Positions 12,430 to 24,974 of a DNA stretch of 64,000 nt are shown here, piece after piece. Positions within the stretch are counted from its first letter, which is position 1, and the number at the start of each line of letters is the position of its first letter. Source of the stretch: Octopus sinensis (lineage: Eukaryota); NCBI RefSeq assembly GCF_006345805.1, contig NC_043001.1, positions 81,716,001 through 81,780,000 on the forward strand, in the 5' to 3' direction. Under the pieces are notes generated by a model. That model did not search any database and was not told the DNA's origin. It saw only the letters and a list, made by a program, of their open reading frames with translations. Position numbers and translations under genes: made by a program.

Positions 12430-12908
12430 AAATACCCATGGGCCTAGGGGCTCAATTTAAAGGGCACCATTCGAGTGTGATCGTTACCGGCGTCGCCTTA
12501 CTGGCACTTGTGCCCATGCTAGTAGGGTGCCAAGAGCACCATTCGAGTGTGATCATTGCCAGAGCAGCCAACTGGCTTCCATGCCAGTGGCACATAAAAG
12601 TGCACCATTTGAGCATGATCGTTACCAACGTTGCCTTACTGGCACCTGTGCTGGTGGCATGTGTAAAAGGATTCGAGCAAGGCTGTTGCCAGTACCGTCT
12701 GAGTGGCCTATGTGCCGGTGGCACATAAAAAGCACCCACTAAACTCTTGGAGTGCTTGGCATTAGGAAGGGCATCCAGCTGTAGAAACTCTGCCAAATCA
12801 AAATTGGAGACTGGTGCAATCATCTGGTTCGCCAGCCCTCAGTCAAAATCGTCCAACCAATGCTAGCATGGAAAGCAGAAGTTAAACGATGATGATGATG
12901 ATGATGAT
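12430..12908 (+). mobile_element. RTE-LINE 3' UTR-derived repeat (family C) with internal hairpin-unit array and (GAT)n tail
   Basis: ggaagggcatccagctgtagaaac...ccatgctagcatggaaagc.gacgttaaacgatgatgat. Copies at about 9160-9362, 18370-18690(-), 23293-23490(-), 57630-57955, 62015-62360 and 63230-63440(-). Linked to RTE ORF at 55122-56126. Confidence 0.75.
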
Positions 12909-14858
12909 ATGATGAGGTACCAATTTAGACTCACCAGTGTCAAATGTAATATCAATGGACACAATAAGTGGTACCTAGAAACCAAAAAAATATAATAAAA
13001 AGAATGAGGAACTGAACTGCTCAAACTCAGAAGTTGACATGGTAGTAGAAGCGATAGTGAGTGACTGACTGAGATGCCTGGCAGTGTTGGCAATGATGAG
13101 CAGCAGAGATGGTGAAGTTGTAGTGTTTGTGTGCATTGGAGATATAAAGATGCCAAGCTGTGGAGATGCTCAGCAGCCAATCAAACAATAGAATTACGAT
13201 AGCAGCCATTGTCTGTCTTTATGTGTGTGTGTGTGTGTGTGTGTTGGAGAGAGGGAGGGGAGGAGGGAGAAAAATCAAATAAAAATTCCACCAAACAGCT
13301 GATGACAAAAGGAACAAAAACAAAGGAAAAAGATAACGTTTGTAATAAAATAAATATATATATATAAAAAAAAAGCAGAACAAAAGCTCTTTGAAAACAA
13401 TAAGAAAAGCTGGTTGTAGTTAAACCAATAGTTGCATCAAATGTGACATATGAAAGTGGCAATGTTGTTATGGTGGTGGTGTTTGTTTGTTTGTTTGTTG
13501 TTGATAAAGTATGGCAGATTTAGCAAAGTGAGACAAGAAACAACAACGAGGACAAGGAAGAACAGGCCGAGGAGGAGGGCACGGAAAACAACGGCAGCAA
13601 CAATGAAGATGACACTTGCCGACAAAGACGAAGACAATAACAACAACAACAACAACAACAGTAACAACAGCGAAAATGAAAGTGAAATTTAGAACAGAAA
13701 GGGAGAAGATAACGTCAAAGTGAAAATAATCAATATTACATTGTAAATAGTGTGTTTCATGTAAAACAGCAGTGACGGTGATAATGGTGGCGGTGGTGGT
13801 GGTAGTAGTGGTGGTGGTGGTGGTGGTGGTGGTAGTGGTGGTGGTGGTAGCGATGATGGTGGTTGTGACAGAAATGTATCAGTGGTGATGGAGATGACAA
13901 TGGTGTTGATAATGATGGTGGTGGTAATAGTGACAACGGTGTTGATGGTAGAGGTAATGATGATGATGGTGGTGGTGGTGGTGATGGATGATGCTTGTGG
14001 TGGTTGAATGGCAATGATGATGCTGCCTGATGGTGGTGGAGGCATTTCATTGTTTGTTGTGGATGAGGAAATCTAATTTTTCTTGACAACCATAGCAGAC
14101 TATTCTCACTGGTTCCAATACAATTTCCGACACACATACACACAAAATATTCATTTTGTCTATGATTATGTTATTATTATTATCATCATTATTATTATTA
14201 TTATTAACATTATTATTATTGGCTTTTCTTTTTTCTCTTCTATAAAATCTGTTCAACGTAGAAAGAGAGTAAAAAAATAAAAAGAGAGAGACCGAGATGG
14301 TGGAAGAGTAGAGTGACAATAGCTGCAGCAGTGTGCGTATGAATGTGTGAGTGTGTATGTATGCGTGAGAGAAAAAGAGAGCAAGAGTGAGGGGCAAACA
14401 GACTGGGAGATTCCACTGACCTAGAAAGGGGAGGAGCAGAGAGGAGGCGGGATGGGGTGGGGGGTTGTAATGACAGAGCTCAGAGTCTCCAAGACATAGG
14501 GATTTTGTCTTAAAAGCATTCCTGACTAAAAAGTCAGAATGTTTTAAAAATATGTACACATGTACATACACACTCATACAATGATCATAAACACATACAC
14601 ACTAAACAAACAGACAATATAACACACACACACACACCCGCCATATATGTATCTAATGGCACCTTGGTTGTCTTCTACTGTAACCTCAGGTTAACCAATT
14701 CCTTCTCAATAGAATTTGGTAGATGGAAACTATATAGAAGCCTATATATATATATATATATATAGCACACACTGACACACAATAAATTAAAAAAACCAAA
14801 CCTATCATCATCATTTAGTATCTGCTTTCCCTGCTGGCATGGGTTAGATGGTTTGACT

Positions 14859-15089
14859 GGCAAGCTGGCAGAATCGTTAGCATGTCGGGCGAAATGCTTA
14901 GCGGTATTTCGTCTACCACTACATTCTAAGTTCAAATTCCACCGAGGTCGACTTTGCCTTTGATCCTTTTGGGGTCGATAAATTAAGTACCAGTTACGCA
15001 CTGGGGTTGATGTAATCGACTTAATCCGTTTGTCTGTCCTTGTTTGTCCCCTCCGTGTTTAGCCCCTTTGTGGGTAGTAAAGAAATAGG
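14859..15089 (+). mobile_element. SINE family B, intact copy inserted into a family C repeat
   Basis: Flanked by direct repeat ggtttgactgg (14850-14860 and 15088-15098). The host family C sequence resumes on both sides. Confidence 0.75.
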
Positions 15090-16336
15090 TTTGACTGGAA
15101 CTGGTAAGCCAGAGAACTGCACAAGGTTCTAGTCTGATTTGGCATGGTTCCTACAGCCAAATGCCCTTCTTAATGCCAACCACACACACACATATATATA
15201 TATTCTGTGTGTATCATCATTGTTTAACATCTGTTGACGAAATCAAGCCCAGGATTTATTCTTTGTAAGCCAAGTGCTTATTCTATCAGTCGTTTTTGCC
15301 GAACTGCTAGATTACGGGGACATAAACATATCAACATCGGTTGTCAAGTGATGGTGGAGAACAGACAGACACAAATACATATATATATATATATACATAC
15401 ATACATACACAACAAGCTTCTTTCAGTTTCCACCTACTAAATCCACTCATAAGGCTTTGGTCAGCTTGAGCTATAGTAGAAGACGCTTGCCCAAGGTGTC
15501 ACGCAGTGGACTGAACCTGGAACCATGTGGTTGGGAAGCAAGCTTCTTACCACAAACATGGCTGTGTGGTTAACAAGTTTGCTCAACAACCACATGGTTT
15601 CAAGTTCAGTCCCACTGTGCAGCACTGTAGGTTATGATGTATTTTCCACTTTAGCCCCACATTGACCAAAGCTTTGAGTGGATTCAGTAGATGGAAACTG
15701 AAAGGCACCCACCACATATATACATGTGTGTGCGTGTGTGGCCTATCTCAAGTATACGCTTTATTCTCAGGTAGGAGAATGAGTAGGCAGTGGGATGTGA
15801 GTGGGGAGATGAATTCCAGCAGGATAACATTCTGGGAAGGACTGGGTGTAGTGATTAATACAGGGTCAAATGGTAGAGGGAATGGACACAATGTGAGTGA
15901 TGGAGGAGGAGAGAGAAGTACTATGGGAATACCTGAGTGGAGGTGGCTAAGTCGTCGGTAATATGAAGGTAAGAGTGAGTGGGATGTGGATAAAACTGGA
16001 TTCCTTTGGACATGCTGGACTTTATAAAATGAAGTACAGAAAGAACTCCAAAAACACAATAGTGTGATGTGTTTGGAAGTTACTTGTCTAAGAAATAGGA
16101 GCTTAGTGGTGCTCATAGGCAGTTTCAGTGGGAGATTTGCATGTCAAACAAGGTCAAAAGCTTTATTGATGCTGAGGACGACAACTTTGCTTCAACAAAA
16201 TTTCTCAAAAGTGAGGGCTGCCAAAAAATGGGCGACTAAGAAGTGGAGGACATCAATGGATTTTGTTTTACAGAAGCTGTACATTTAAGGTTAAAATAAA
16301 AAAAAACAATTATCAATTCAAGGCAATGGATTAGAG

Positions 16337-16677
16337 TAATGGCTCTCAACCAAGATTTATATGGTCTCTGGGGGCCCATATAAGATTTTTTTTTGGGGGG
16401 GGGTCACAAAAGCAAAACAGTTAACTGAGGATCTACAGTAGTTATATTAAGGATCAATGAAAAAAATTTTGCTTTAGATGTATGTATTGCAAGAGAGCTG
16501 GGTTTCTTTCTCAAATATTTTATATAGTTCAAACTACACAAGTTAATGTGTGAAAAGCAAAACAGGAATTTTGGAAGAAGAATCTATAAAGGTAGTTTTT
16601 AAACATCAAGAGGCAATGGGGTTAGGTAAAATGGTAAACAAAGGGGCCCATAGATAAAAAATGGTTGAGAACCCCTG
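16337..16677. mobile_element. hAT/Charlie-like MITE
   Basis: Left taatggctctcaacc, right ggttgagaacccctg (CAGNGGTTCTCAA-type TIR). Confidence 0.6.
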
Positions 16678-18021
16678 AGCTAGATTGTGAAAGCCCTAGA
16701 ACTTTATAACAGGATGCCCTGCGTATAACTGGATATACTTTGCTCATTTCTGGATATCCTCTCTGCCTCTAGATGTAGAGGTACTCTGTTTGCAGTGAGA
16801 TGCCACTCTTACATGGTTACCCTTCATATGCATATTGGTATTTTAATGTGAAAATGTTCATAATTTTAAAAAAATGAATTAAAAGGACAATAGGAATGCT
16901 GTGTTGTGTTTGTTCCAGCTCTCCTTTCTGAGTTCAAATCTCACCATAGCCTGCTTGGGCAGTAGACTTTGTCAGTCACTTAGTGAAATACAAACACCAG
17001 GTACCTTGGGTACTTTTAGAAAAGTCCACTCTGTACCAAGTATTCAGGCCAAGTTTTTGATTTGAGGGCATGTTTCTCCCCTAACCCACCCCACTCCTTT
17101 TCTCCCACAAGTTTTAGAGGCCGTGGTAAGAATCGTGGGCAACTGCCTTACTCTCCTGAGAAAAAGCTTAAAAAAACCATAAAAAAAAACAAAACAAATG
17201 TTGTAAAGAGAGTGTTCTTTTACACTGTTTCAGTCATCTTACTGTGGCCATGCTGGAGCACTGCGTTAAAGGGTTTTAGTCAAAGAAATCAACCCAAGGG
17301 TTTATTCTTTGTAAGCCTGGTACTCATTCTATTAGTCTCTTTTGCTGAACTGCTAAGTTACAGGGACATAAACATACCAACATCAGTTGTCAAACAATGG
17401 TGGGGTGGGGTGGGGCAGAAACAGACACAAAGACACACATAAATATACTCAGAAACACACACAGACAATAGGCTTCTTTCAGTTTCTGTCTACCAAATCC
17501 ACTCACAAGACTTTAGTCGGCCCAAGGCAATATTGCCCAAAGTGCGATGCCCACGAACTGAACCTGGAACTATGTGGTTGGGAGCAAACTTCTTACCACA
17601 CAGTCATGCCTGCACCTATTTACATATGTCTATAAGAGAAAGAGAGATAGCATGAGAAAGACAGAGGGAGAGACAGATAATGTCAGAGAGAGAGAGAGAG
17701 AGAGAGAAGGCATCAGATTCTTGTTCTCCCCATGGCATACAAACTTATCTAGACTCATGAACTTTACTCTCAGCTTTGTCAAGACAGACGGGGTGGTGGA
17801 GAGAATGAGGGCCGGGAGTGGGTTCACTGTTCATGTCTTGGCAACTTAGCATTTCTGTAGGCCTTCTGAGACTGATGAGGTTAATATAGTGTGTGTATGT
17901 GTGTGTTTGTGAGTGAGTGAGTACAATTCTTATTTATGTAAAGAAGTGCATTCACATAGACATATATAAATGAATTACATGTTTGTACATGTGAAAGAGC
18001 ATGCATGTACATGAGATTATA

Positions 18022-18082
<61 letters not shown>

Positions 18083-18831
18083 CACACACATGTGTATGCA
18101 TGCACGTGCATGAATGTGTGTAAGGGCAAACACATTATCATCATCATTTAATGACCATCTATGTTGACATAGGTTGAATGGTGCAACAAGACTACTGTCT
18201 AGTTGGTGGACTTTAGCTCCCTCCCACACACATGAGTACGTGTATCTGATGTATATGCAGTTAAGAAGAACCAAGTGTAAATATTCATTTATCCCGATGT
18301 TTGCATATACACACTGGTGAAAGTAATATAAATACACATGAAAAAAAAAACACGTTTCCTTTTCATCATCATCATCGTTTTACGTCCGTTTTCCATGCTT
18401 GCACGGGTTGGACGGTTCGACCGGGGTCTGGGAAGCCAGAAGGCTGCACCAGGCTCCAGTCTGATCTGGCAGTGTTTCTACAGCTGGATGCCCTTCCTAA
18501 TGCCAACCACTCCGTGAGTGTAGTGGGTGCTTTTTACGTGCCACCAGCACAGGTGCCAGGGGAGTCTGGCAGTGGCCACGATTGGTTGGTGCTCTTTACG
18601 TGCCACAGCACAGAAGCCAGTCAAGGCGGCGCTGCCATCGGCCACGTTCGGATGGTGCTTTTTACATGCCACTGGCACAGAAGCCAGCTAAGTCAAGTCA
18701 ATGTATATTAGATATATGTATATAGTTTCACTTATGTGTATATGGACACAACCACACACATATTAACACAAGCATGAATATACATACATAGTTTGGTAGA
18801 ACAAACAGAACAGATAAAAATCCATACACAA

Positions 18832-18865
<34 letters not shown>

Positions 18866-19710
18866 GGACGGTTTGACTGAGGACTGGCAAGCCAGGAGGC
18901 TGCACCAGGTTCCAATCTGATCTGGCAAAGTTTCTACAGCTGGATGCCCTTCTTAGTGCCAACCACTCCGAGAACATAGTCGGTGCTTTTTACATGCCAT
19001 ATATATACCCCATCATCACAATCATTATTTAACATCCATGTTCCATGCTGGAATGGGTTGGATGGTATGACAAGAACATGTCTAGCCCTGAGGAATGTTA
19101 CCTTGTTTGGAAACATGTGAGGGTGACAGGAAGAACACCCTTATATGTCAGTCCATCACAAGGTTACCCATTTACAACTGAGTGGCCTGAGGCAACTGGA
19201 ATTAGTGTTTGCTCAAGAACACAACACACAGCAAGTCTGGGAACTGAAACTATGATCTTGCGATCATGAGTGCAACACTCTAACCGCTAGGCCATGTGAC
19301 TTCACAATGATTTTAATGTCTCAGAGGGTGCATACACAATCATCAGTGGAGATATTTTACTAAAATACTAAAACATCAATGACTAACAAGTGACTTGATG
19401 GAAGCCTACAGGGTTATCTACCCTCTTTCTAACAACAATTTTGATCATATTTTGGAAATCAATATCTCTGTCATATGCAAAGCAGCAATCTGGAACAATC
19501 ACTAGCAGGTTGAACAAAATGCTTTGCAGTTTTTCATGTCTTTACATTTCTGAATTCAAATTCCACCGAAATTGACTTTGCCTTTCATCCTTTTGGGATT
19601 GATAAAATAAGTAACAGTTGAATACTGGGGGGTTAATGTAATCGACTTACTCCTCCCTTGGAATTGCTGGCCTTGCACCTATAGCAGAAAGAATTGTTGT
19701 TGTTGCTGTT

Positions 19711-20087
19711 TGTTTGTTTGTTTGTTGAGTGAAGCGGCCTTCGTCCCATTAGTGTGAGAAGTCTGAAACATGGTCCTTTGCTATTCGTAAGACCCACAGA
19801 AGAGAAAGCAGGTCAACCCCCAACACCGAGAGCATCGATGGATGGATGAATGCGCATCCAGGCTCAGCGGTTGCGTAGGAATTCGGGGACAAGAAACAGG
19901 AAGAAAGAGTGAGAGAAAGTTGGAGCAAAAGAGTACAACAGGGGTCGCTACCACCCCCTGCTGGAGCCTCATGGAGCTTTAGGTGTTTTCGCTCTATAAA
20001 CACACATAACGCTCGGTCTGGGAATCGAAACCGCGATACTCCAACCTCGAGTCCACTGCCCTAACCACTGGGCCATTGCGTCTCCAC
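19711..20087 (-). mobile_element. tRNA-derived SINE family D, full length with 14-bp TSD
   Basis: Minus-strand head GGAGACGCAATGGCCCAGTGGTTAGGGCAG...GGTTTCGATTCCCAG (boxes A and B), (AAAC)n tail. Direct repeat ttgttgttgctgtt at 19697-19710 and 20088-20101. Related copy at about 22100-22385. Confidence 0.8.
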
Positions 20088-20765
20088 TTGTTGTTGCTGT
20101 TGTGATTGTGGCTAGCAGCAGCTTAAGAGACAAAGCAGTGAACTAGAACAATCGTTACAGTGTAGGGTGGTTTGTCTGTCTTTACATTCTGAGTTCAAAT
20201 TCCACCATGGTCGACTTTGTTTCTCAACTTTTCAAGTTCTATAGAATGAACAACAGTTGAGCATTGGGGCCAAAGTAATCAACTCCCCCCCACCACCAAA
20301 AAATTTCAGGCTTTGTGCCTATAATAGAAAAGAATACCTCTACCACTTGAGGGCACTCTTATAAAATCGAAAAGCAATGTAGTACTCATAACTTTTAGAA
20401 ACATTTTCCCCCCATGTTCAGAATTATCAAAGCATGCAATAAACTACCCCACGTCAGTAATTAGTGATCAAAACACTGCACCCTTCAAAATTTCCATGCT
20501 CCCTGAAATTCACCAAGATTACTCTTGGCGTACCTCTGCACCCATTCCTTTTTTACTTTTTTTTTTTTTTTTTTCACTGACCACTTTTCTGTCTTCATGT
20601 CTTTTATCCTGTCTGCTACATACGTACTTTTGGCAAGCATTGCAGTCTGCCTTTATTTGACTTATAGCTGTTTTCTGACCCCGCCCTTTTACATTTTCCT
20701 AACAGGTTGTAGTGCACCTAAGCACAGTATACAATAAGCTTTTTACTACTACTACATATATATGT

Positions 20766-20824
<59 letters not shown>

Positions 20825-21414
20825 ATACATCATTATTTATTCATACCTTGACATCACCACATATATTTGATAGACACACACACATCACTATATATATATA
20901 TATATCAAGGGGGAGAGAGAGAGCGAGAGAGAGAGGTATGTTATGTACATAAATACACATACATTTCCCCATTAGTCACCAACTACCAACCTCACCACCA
21001 AAAAAAACACAAAAGACACTCATCTGTTCTTTGTTTTAAACATAATGGAAGATGTTTTAAAACTTCCTTGTTCATCACCATTGTTGTCCATGACAACTGT
21101 AGCAGTAGCGGTGGTGGAGGAGTGGTAGAAGTTATGGCAATGGTGGAAGTAGTTGTAGTGGTGACTGCAGCATTAGTAGTATTATCATCATCATCATCAT
21201 CATATGTAGCATGAGACAAAACCTATATATATATATACACATACATACACACACATACATACATACATACACACATACATTATACACACACACTAACAGC
21301 ATATATTCACACAAGAACAAACACATATATACACAACAGTCAACACACACCAGTGAACAAATGTACCAGTAAATATACACATTAGTGAAAAGACATACAC
21401 ATACATACATAATA

Positions 21415-21458
<44 letters not shown>

Positions 21459-23239
21459 CCAGCAAACACACACATATACACACAGAGAGTATCCAGGTGT
21501 AACATGAACATTAATTAATAGAAAATTTTTACCAAATTGATTGCAGAGGCATAGTGTAAGCAGAGCTCTAGGGAGGATATCTAGGGATCAGATTAAGGGT
21601 GAGATTGGTTAAGGGATGGGAAGGAAGTTGGAAAGGAAGATGGTTGGTGGGATCTGTGGAAATTTGGGAAGATATCGAAAATACTTTATACACACAGAAA
21701 CACACACATATATATAGCAAGAGAGAGAGAGAGACACACACACACACACACACACACACAACACACACAATCATGTAGCTAACATTCCATTCATGTCAGA
21801 TCCTATCATCTTAAAAGCTTTTACTGGCACAGTGTGTGAGTGTGTGTGGTCTCAACTTTCACACACTGTAAACACATCTAGTGTACATGAGACAATAAGG
21901 TAGTGGTCTACATGATAGCACGACCTGGTAGAAATAGGAACCAAATCTTCCTCACATCATACTGTTTTTTAAAAAAACAAAAATAAAAACGAGCATATTG
22001 GATAATATTGTCGTCTTTGATTCCTTGCCCAAAAGCATAAAAGACAGGATGGTCATAGCTGGAAAATCTTTGATCATATAAAGAGATAAAAATGTTGCCC
22101 TTTTTCAAGACTAGCCAGTCTCATGGGCCCAGTTTCCTGGTTTCTGTGGCGTATGTGTTCCCCCCAGCTGGATGGGATGCCAGTTCATCGCAGCCTTACT
22201 CAAGAAACAGGAAGTGAGAGTGAGAGAAGGCTGTGGCGAAAGAGTACAACAGGAGTCGCCACCACCCCCTGCCGTAGCCTCGTGGAGCTTTTAGGTGTTT
22301 TCGCTCAATAAACACATACAACGCCCGGTCTGGAAATCGAAACCGCGAGTCTGCTGCCCTAACCACTGGGCCATAGCACCTCCACCATATAAAGAGAACG
22401 TATTGAATATTGTCTTAGATTCCTTGCACAAAAGCAAAAAAGACAGGGCAGTCATAGCTAGAATATCTAGGACCGTGTATCTTTTTAATCAGGGTGGTCT
22501 TGAACAAAACAACTAAATTTATGTATACACAGACAAAGGAACCTCATATGTAAAGCTGTGTACATGTTCGTACACATTTACTGTATTCTATTAACATGTG
22601 CATTAGCTGCAAAGATAATATGATTATGTTAAATGCTTTCAATACCACATTTCTGTTGAAATACACCATGTCTGTTTCAATTACTTTCGAAAATAATGAA
22701 GAATTTAGTAAAACAACTTTGTTTTTATTCACGTTGGTGTCTGGAATATAAATTAGCATAAAATTTGGATGGAAGGCTTTTAATTTAGATTAATTTTGAA
22801 ACAGGAAGTTTTTATCATAGAACCAAGAGTGGTTTCTAGTTGGTTGATATCAAAGGGTTAATTATGTGTTACAGAATACACCCAGTTGCGTGTATATGTG
22901 ATATCATTGTATATACGTGTGTGTGTATGAGTAATAGCTGGGTTTTCCATAAAAGAACTTTGTCTGGAATCTGTCCTGGAGAGGAACTTTTCTATGAGTG
23001 ACACATAGTTGACTCTGAGCAATAGAAACCTTTCAATTAAGTATTCTTTTATTTTTTGTCTCAGCTATTTGACTGTGGCCATGCTGGAGCAACGCCTTTA
23101 GTTGAGCAAATTGACCCCAGGATTTATTCTTTGTAAGCCTAGTACTTATTCTATTGGTCTCTTTTGCTGAACTGCTAAGTTATGAGGATGTAAACACATC
23201 AGCATCAGTTGTCAACGATGGTGGGGGGGACAAATACAG

Positions 23240-23295
<56 letters not shown>

Positions 23296-24403
23296 TCATC
23301 ATCATCGTTTAACGTCCTCTTTCCATGCTAGCATGGGTTGGACGGTTCAACTGGGGTCTGGCAAGCCCGAAGGCTGCACCAGGCGAGTCAGATCTGGCAG
23401 TGTTTCTACAGCTGGATGCCCTTCCTAACGCCAACCACTCCGAGAGTGTAGTGGGTGATTTTATGTGCCACCGACACAGGTGCCAGACGGGCTTCTTTCA
23501 GTTTCCATCTACCAAATCCACTCACAAGGCTTTGGTCATCCCAAGGCTATAGTAGAAGACTCTTGCCCAAAGTGCAATGCAGTGGGACTGAATCTGGAGC
23601 CATGTGGTTGGGAAGCAAGCTTCTTACCACACACCCACTCCTGTGCTTTTAATATATACATATATGACAGGCTTCTCTCAGTTCCCATTGACCAAATCCA
23701 CACACAAGGCTTTGGTTGCCCGAGCTAGAGTAGAAAACACTTGCCCAAGGTGCCACACAGTGGGGCTGAACCTGGAACCATGTGGTTGGTAAGCAAGCTA
23801 CTTACTCCACAGCCACTCCTGATGTATATATATCTTCTATTTTTACTAATTTCAGTTCCTGGACTCTGGCCATGCTGGGGCATTGTCTTGAATATTTTTT
23901 TTAGTTAAATTGCCTCTTGTACTTATCTGTGTTTTTAAGCCTGGTACTTATTCTATCACTTTCTTTGGCCAAACCACAGTTATGGGGATGTAAACAAACC
24001 AACACTGATTATCAAGTGGTGATGAGGGACAAACAAAAAGACACACACACACATACACAAACATGTGCTTATTCATCTTACGTCTACCAAACCCACTCAC
24101 AAAGCTTTGGGCTTTGCAGGGCTAAAGAAGACACTTGCTCAAGATGCCATGCAGTAAGGACTGAACCCTAGATCATATGGTTGGGAAGCAAATCTCTTAA
24201 CAACACAGTCATACCCGTACCTAATTACTGCATCACCTGCAACACACGCATACTGGATAATGGGATACAAGACAATAGCCTATGTTTGAATAAAATACAT
24301 GTAGGTTACAGTTGGAACACATTTGATTGCACCGGATCACGGATTATGATAGACCTGGGACTACAGAACAACATTAGGAAACCCCTAAAATATGTGAGCT
24401 TAC

Positions 24404-24498
24404 CTTAATATATTCCCCTTCCTTGAAAGCAAGTCCATGGATGTCATACTGGTTTGAGTGTTCTTTAATGGCACGAGCCTTCACAGCAAAACTTGCTT
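24404..24498 (-). CDS. caskin: Caskin-like gene, coding exon C (SH3 N-terminal half): [32 protein letters not shown]
   Basis: Acceptor tttttgttgttttacag|AAGCAAG, donor ATTAAG|gtaagc. 95 bp, phase 1 to 0, completes the G|AA (Glu) codon from exon B. Aligns to recalled CASKIN [32 protein letters not shown]. Confidence 0.92.
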
Positions 24499-24974
24499 CT
24501 GTAAAACAACAAAAATAAAGAATGCATGAGTTACTGGACAGCTTAAGATTTGGGGGGTCAGTAAAATTTGAGGGTGTAACTCCTGGAGATGAAAGTTGTA
24601 AAGATTGGCAGAATTGGTATTAACACTGTATGGAGCAAATAGATGTAATTTGTTGTCCAGTTTCACAACACAGCCTGAAGAACATAACACATTGTTGGTC
24701 TGAGAATTGAAACCACAATCTTGTAATCATGAGTGTAACGCTCAAATTACTAAGCCACATGTCTTCAACATATAAATATACATCATCATTTAATGTCCAC
24801 TTTTCCATGATTTTGTAGGTTAGATACAATTCACTGAGACAGATTTTTACAGCCAGATGCTTTTCCTGTCACTAACCCTCACCTATTTTGAAGCAAAGTA
24901 ATATTTCCATTGGCCTTTTCAAAATATGAACAGCAAAATGGCTGGACAGGTTTTCTGAAAAGTCTGCATAATGA

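Noticed and set aside
12440-12760. CRISPR-like appearance (palindromic repeat plus intervening sequence)
   Set aside because: The intervening segments are related to each other rather than unique, the periods are irregular, the DNA is eukaryotic with no cas genes, and the array is the 3' UTR of an RTE LINE.
12863-13180. ORF whose frame meets the 12935 donor in phase 0 (would splice in frame to exon D) as an alternative first coding exon
   Set aside because: It starts at TTG directly after a stop and contains no ATG before the donor, so only the 40-bp cassette interpretation was retained.
20000-20087. tRNA-like sequences (also the heads of SINE families A and B)
   Set aside because: Boxes A and B are present but run directly into SINE bodies with tails and TSDs. 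There is no complete cloverleaf, so these are not tRNA genes.
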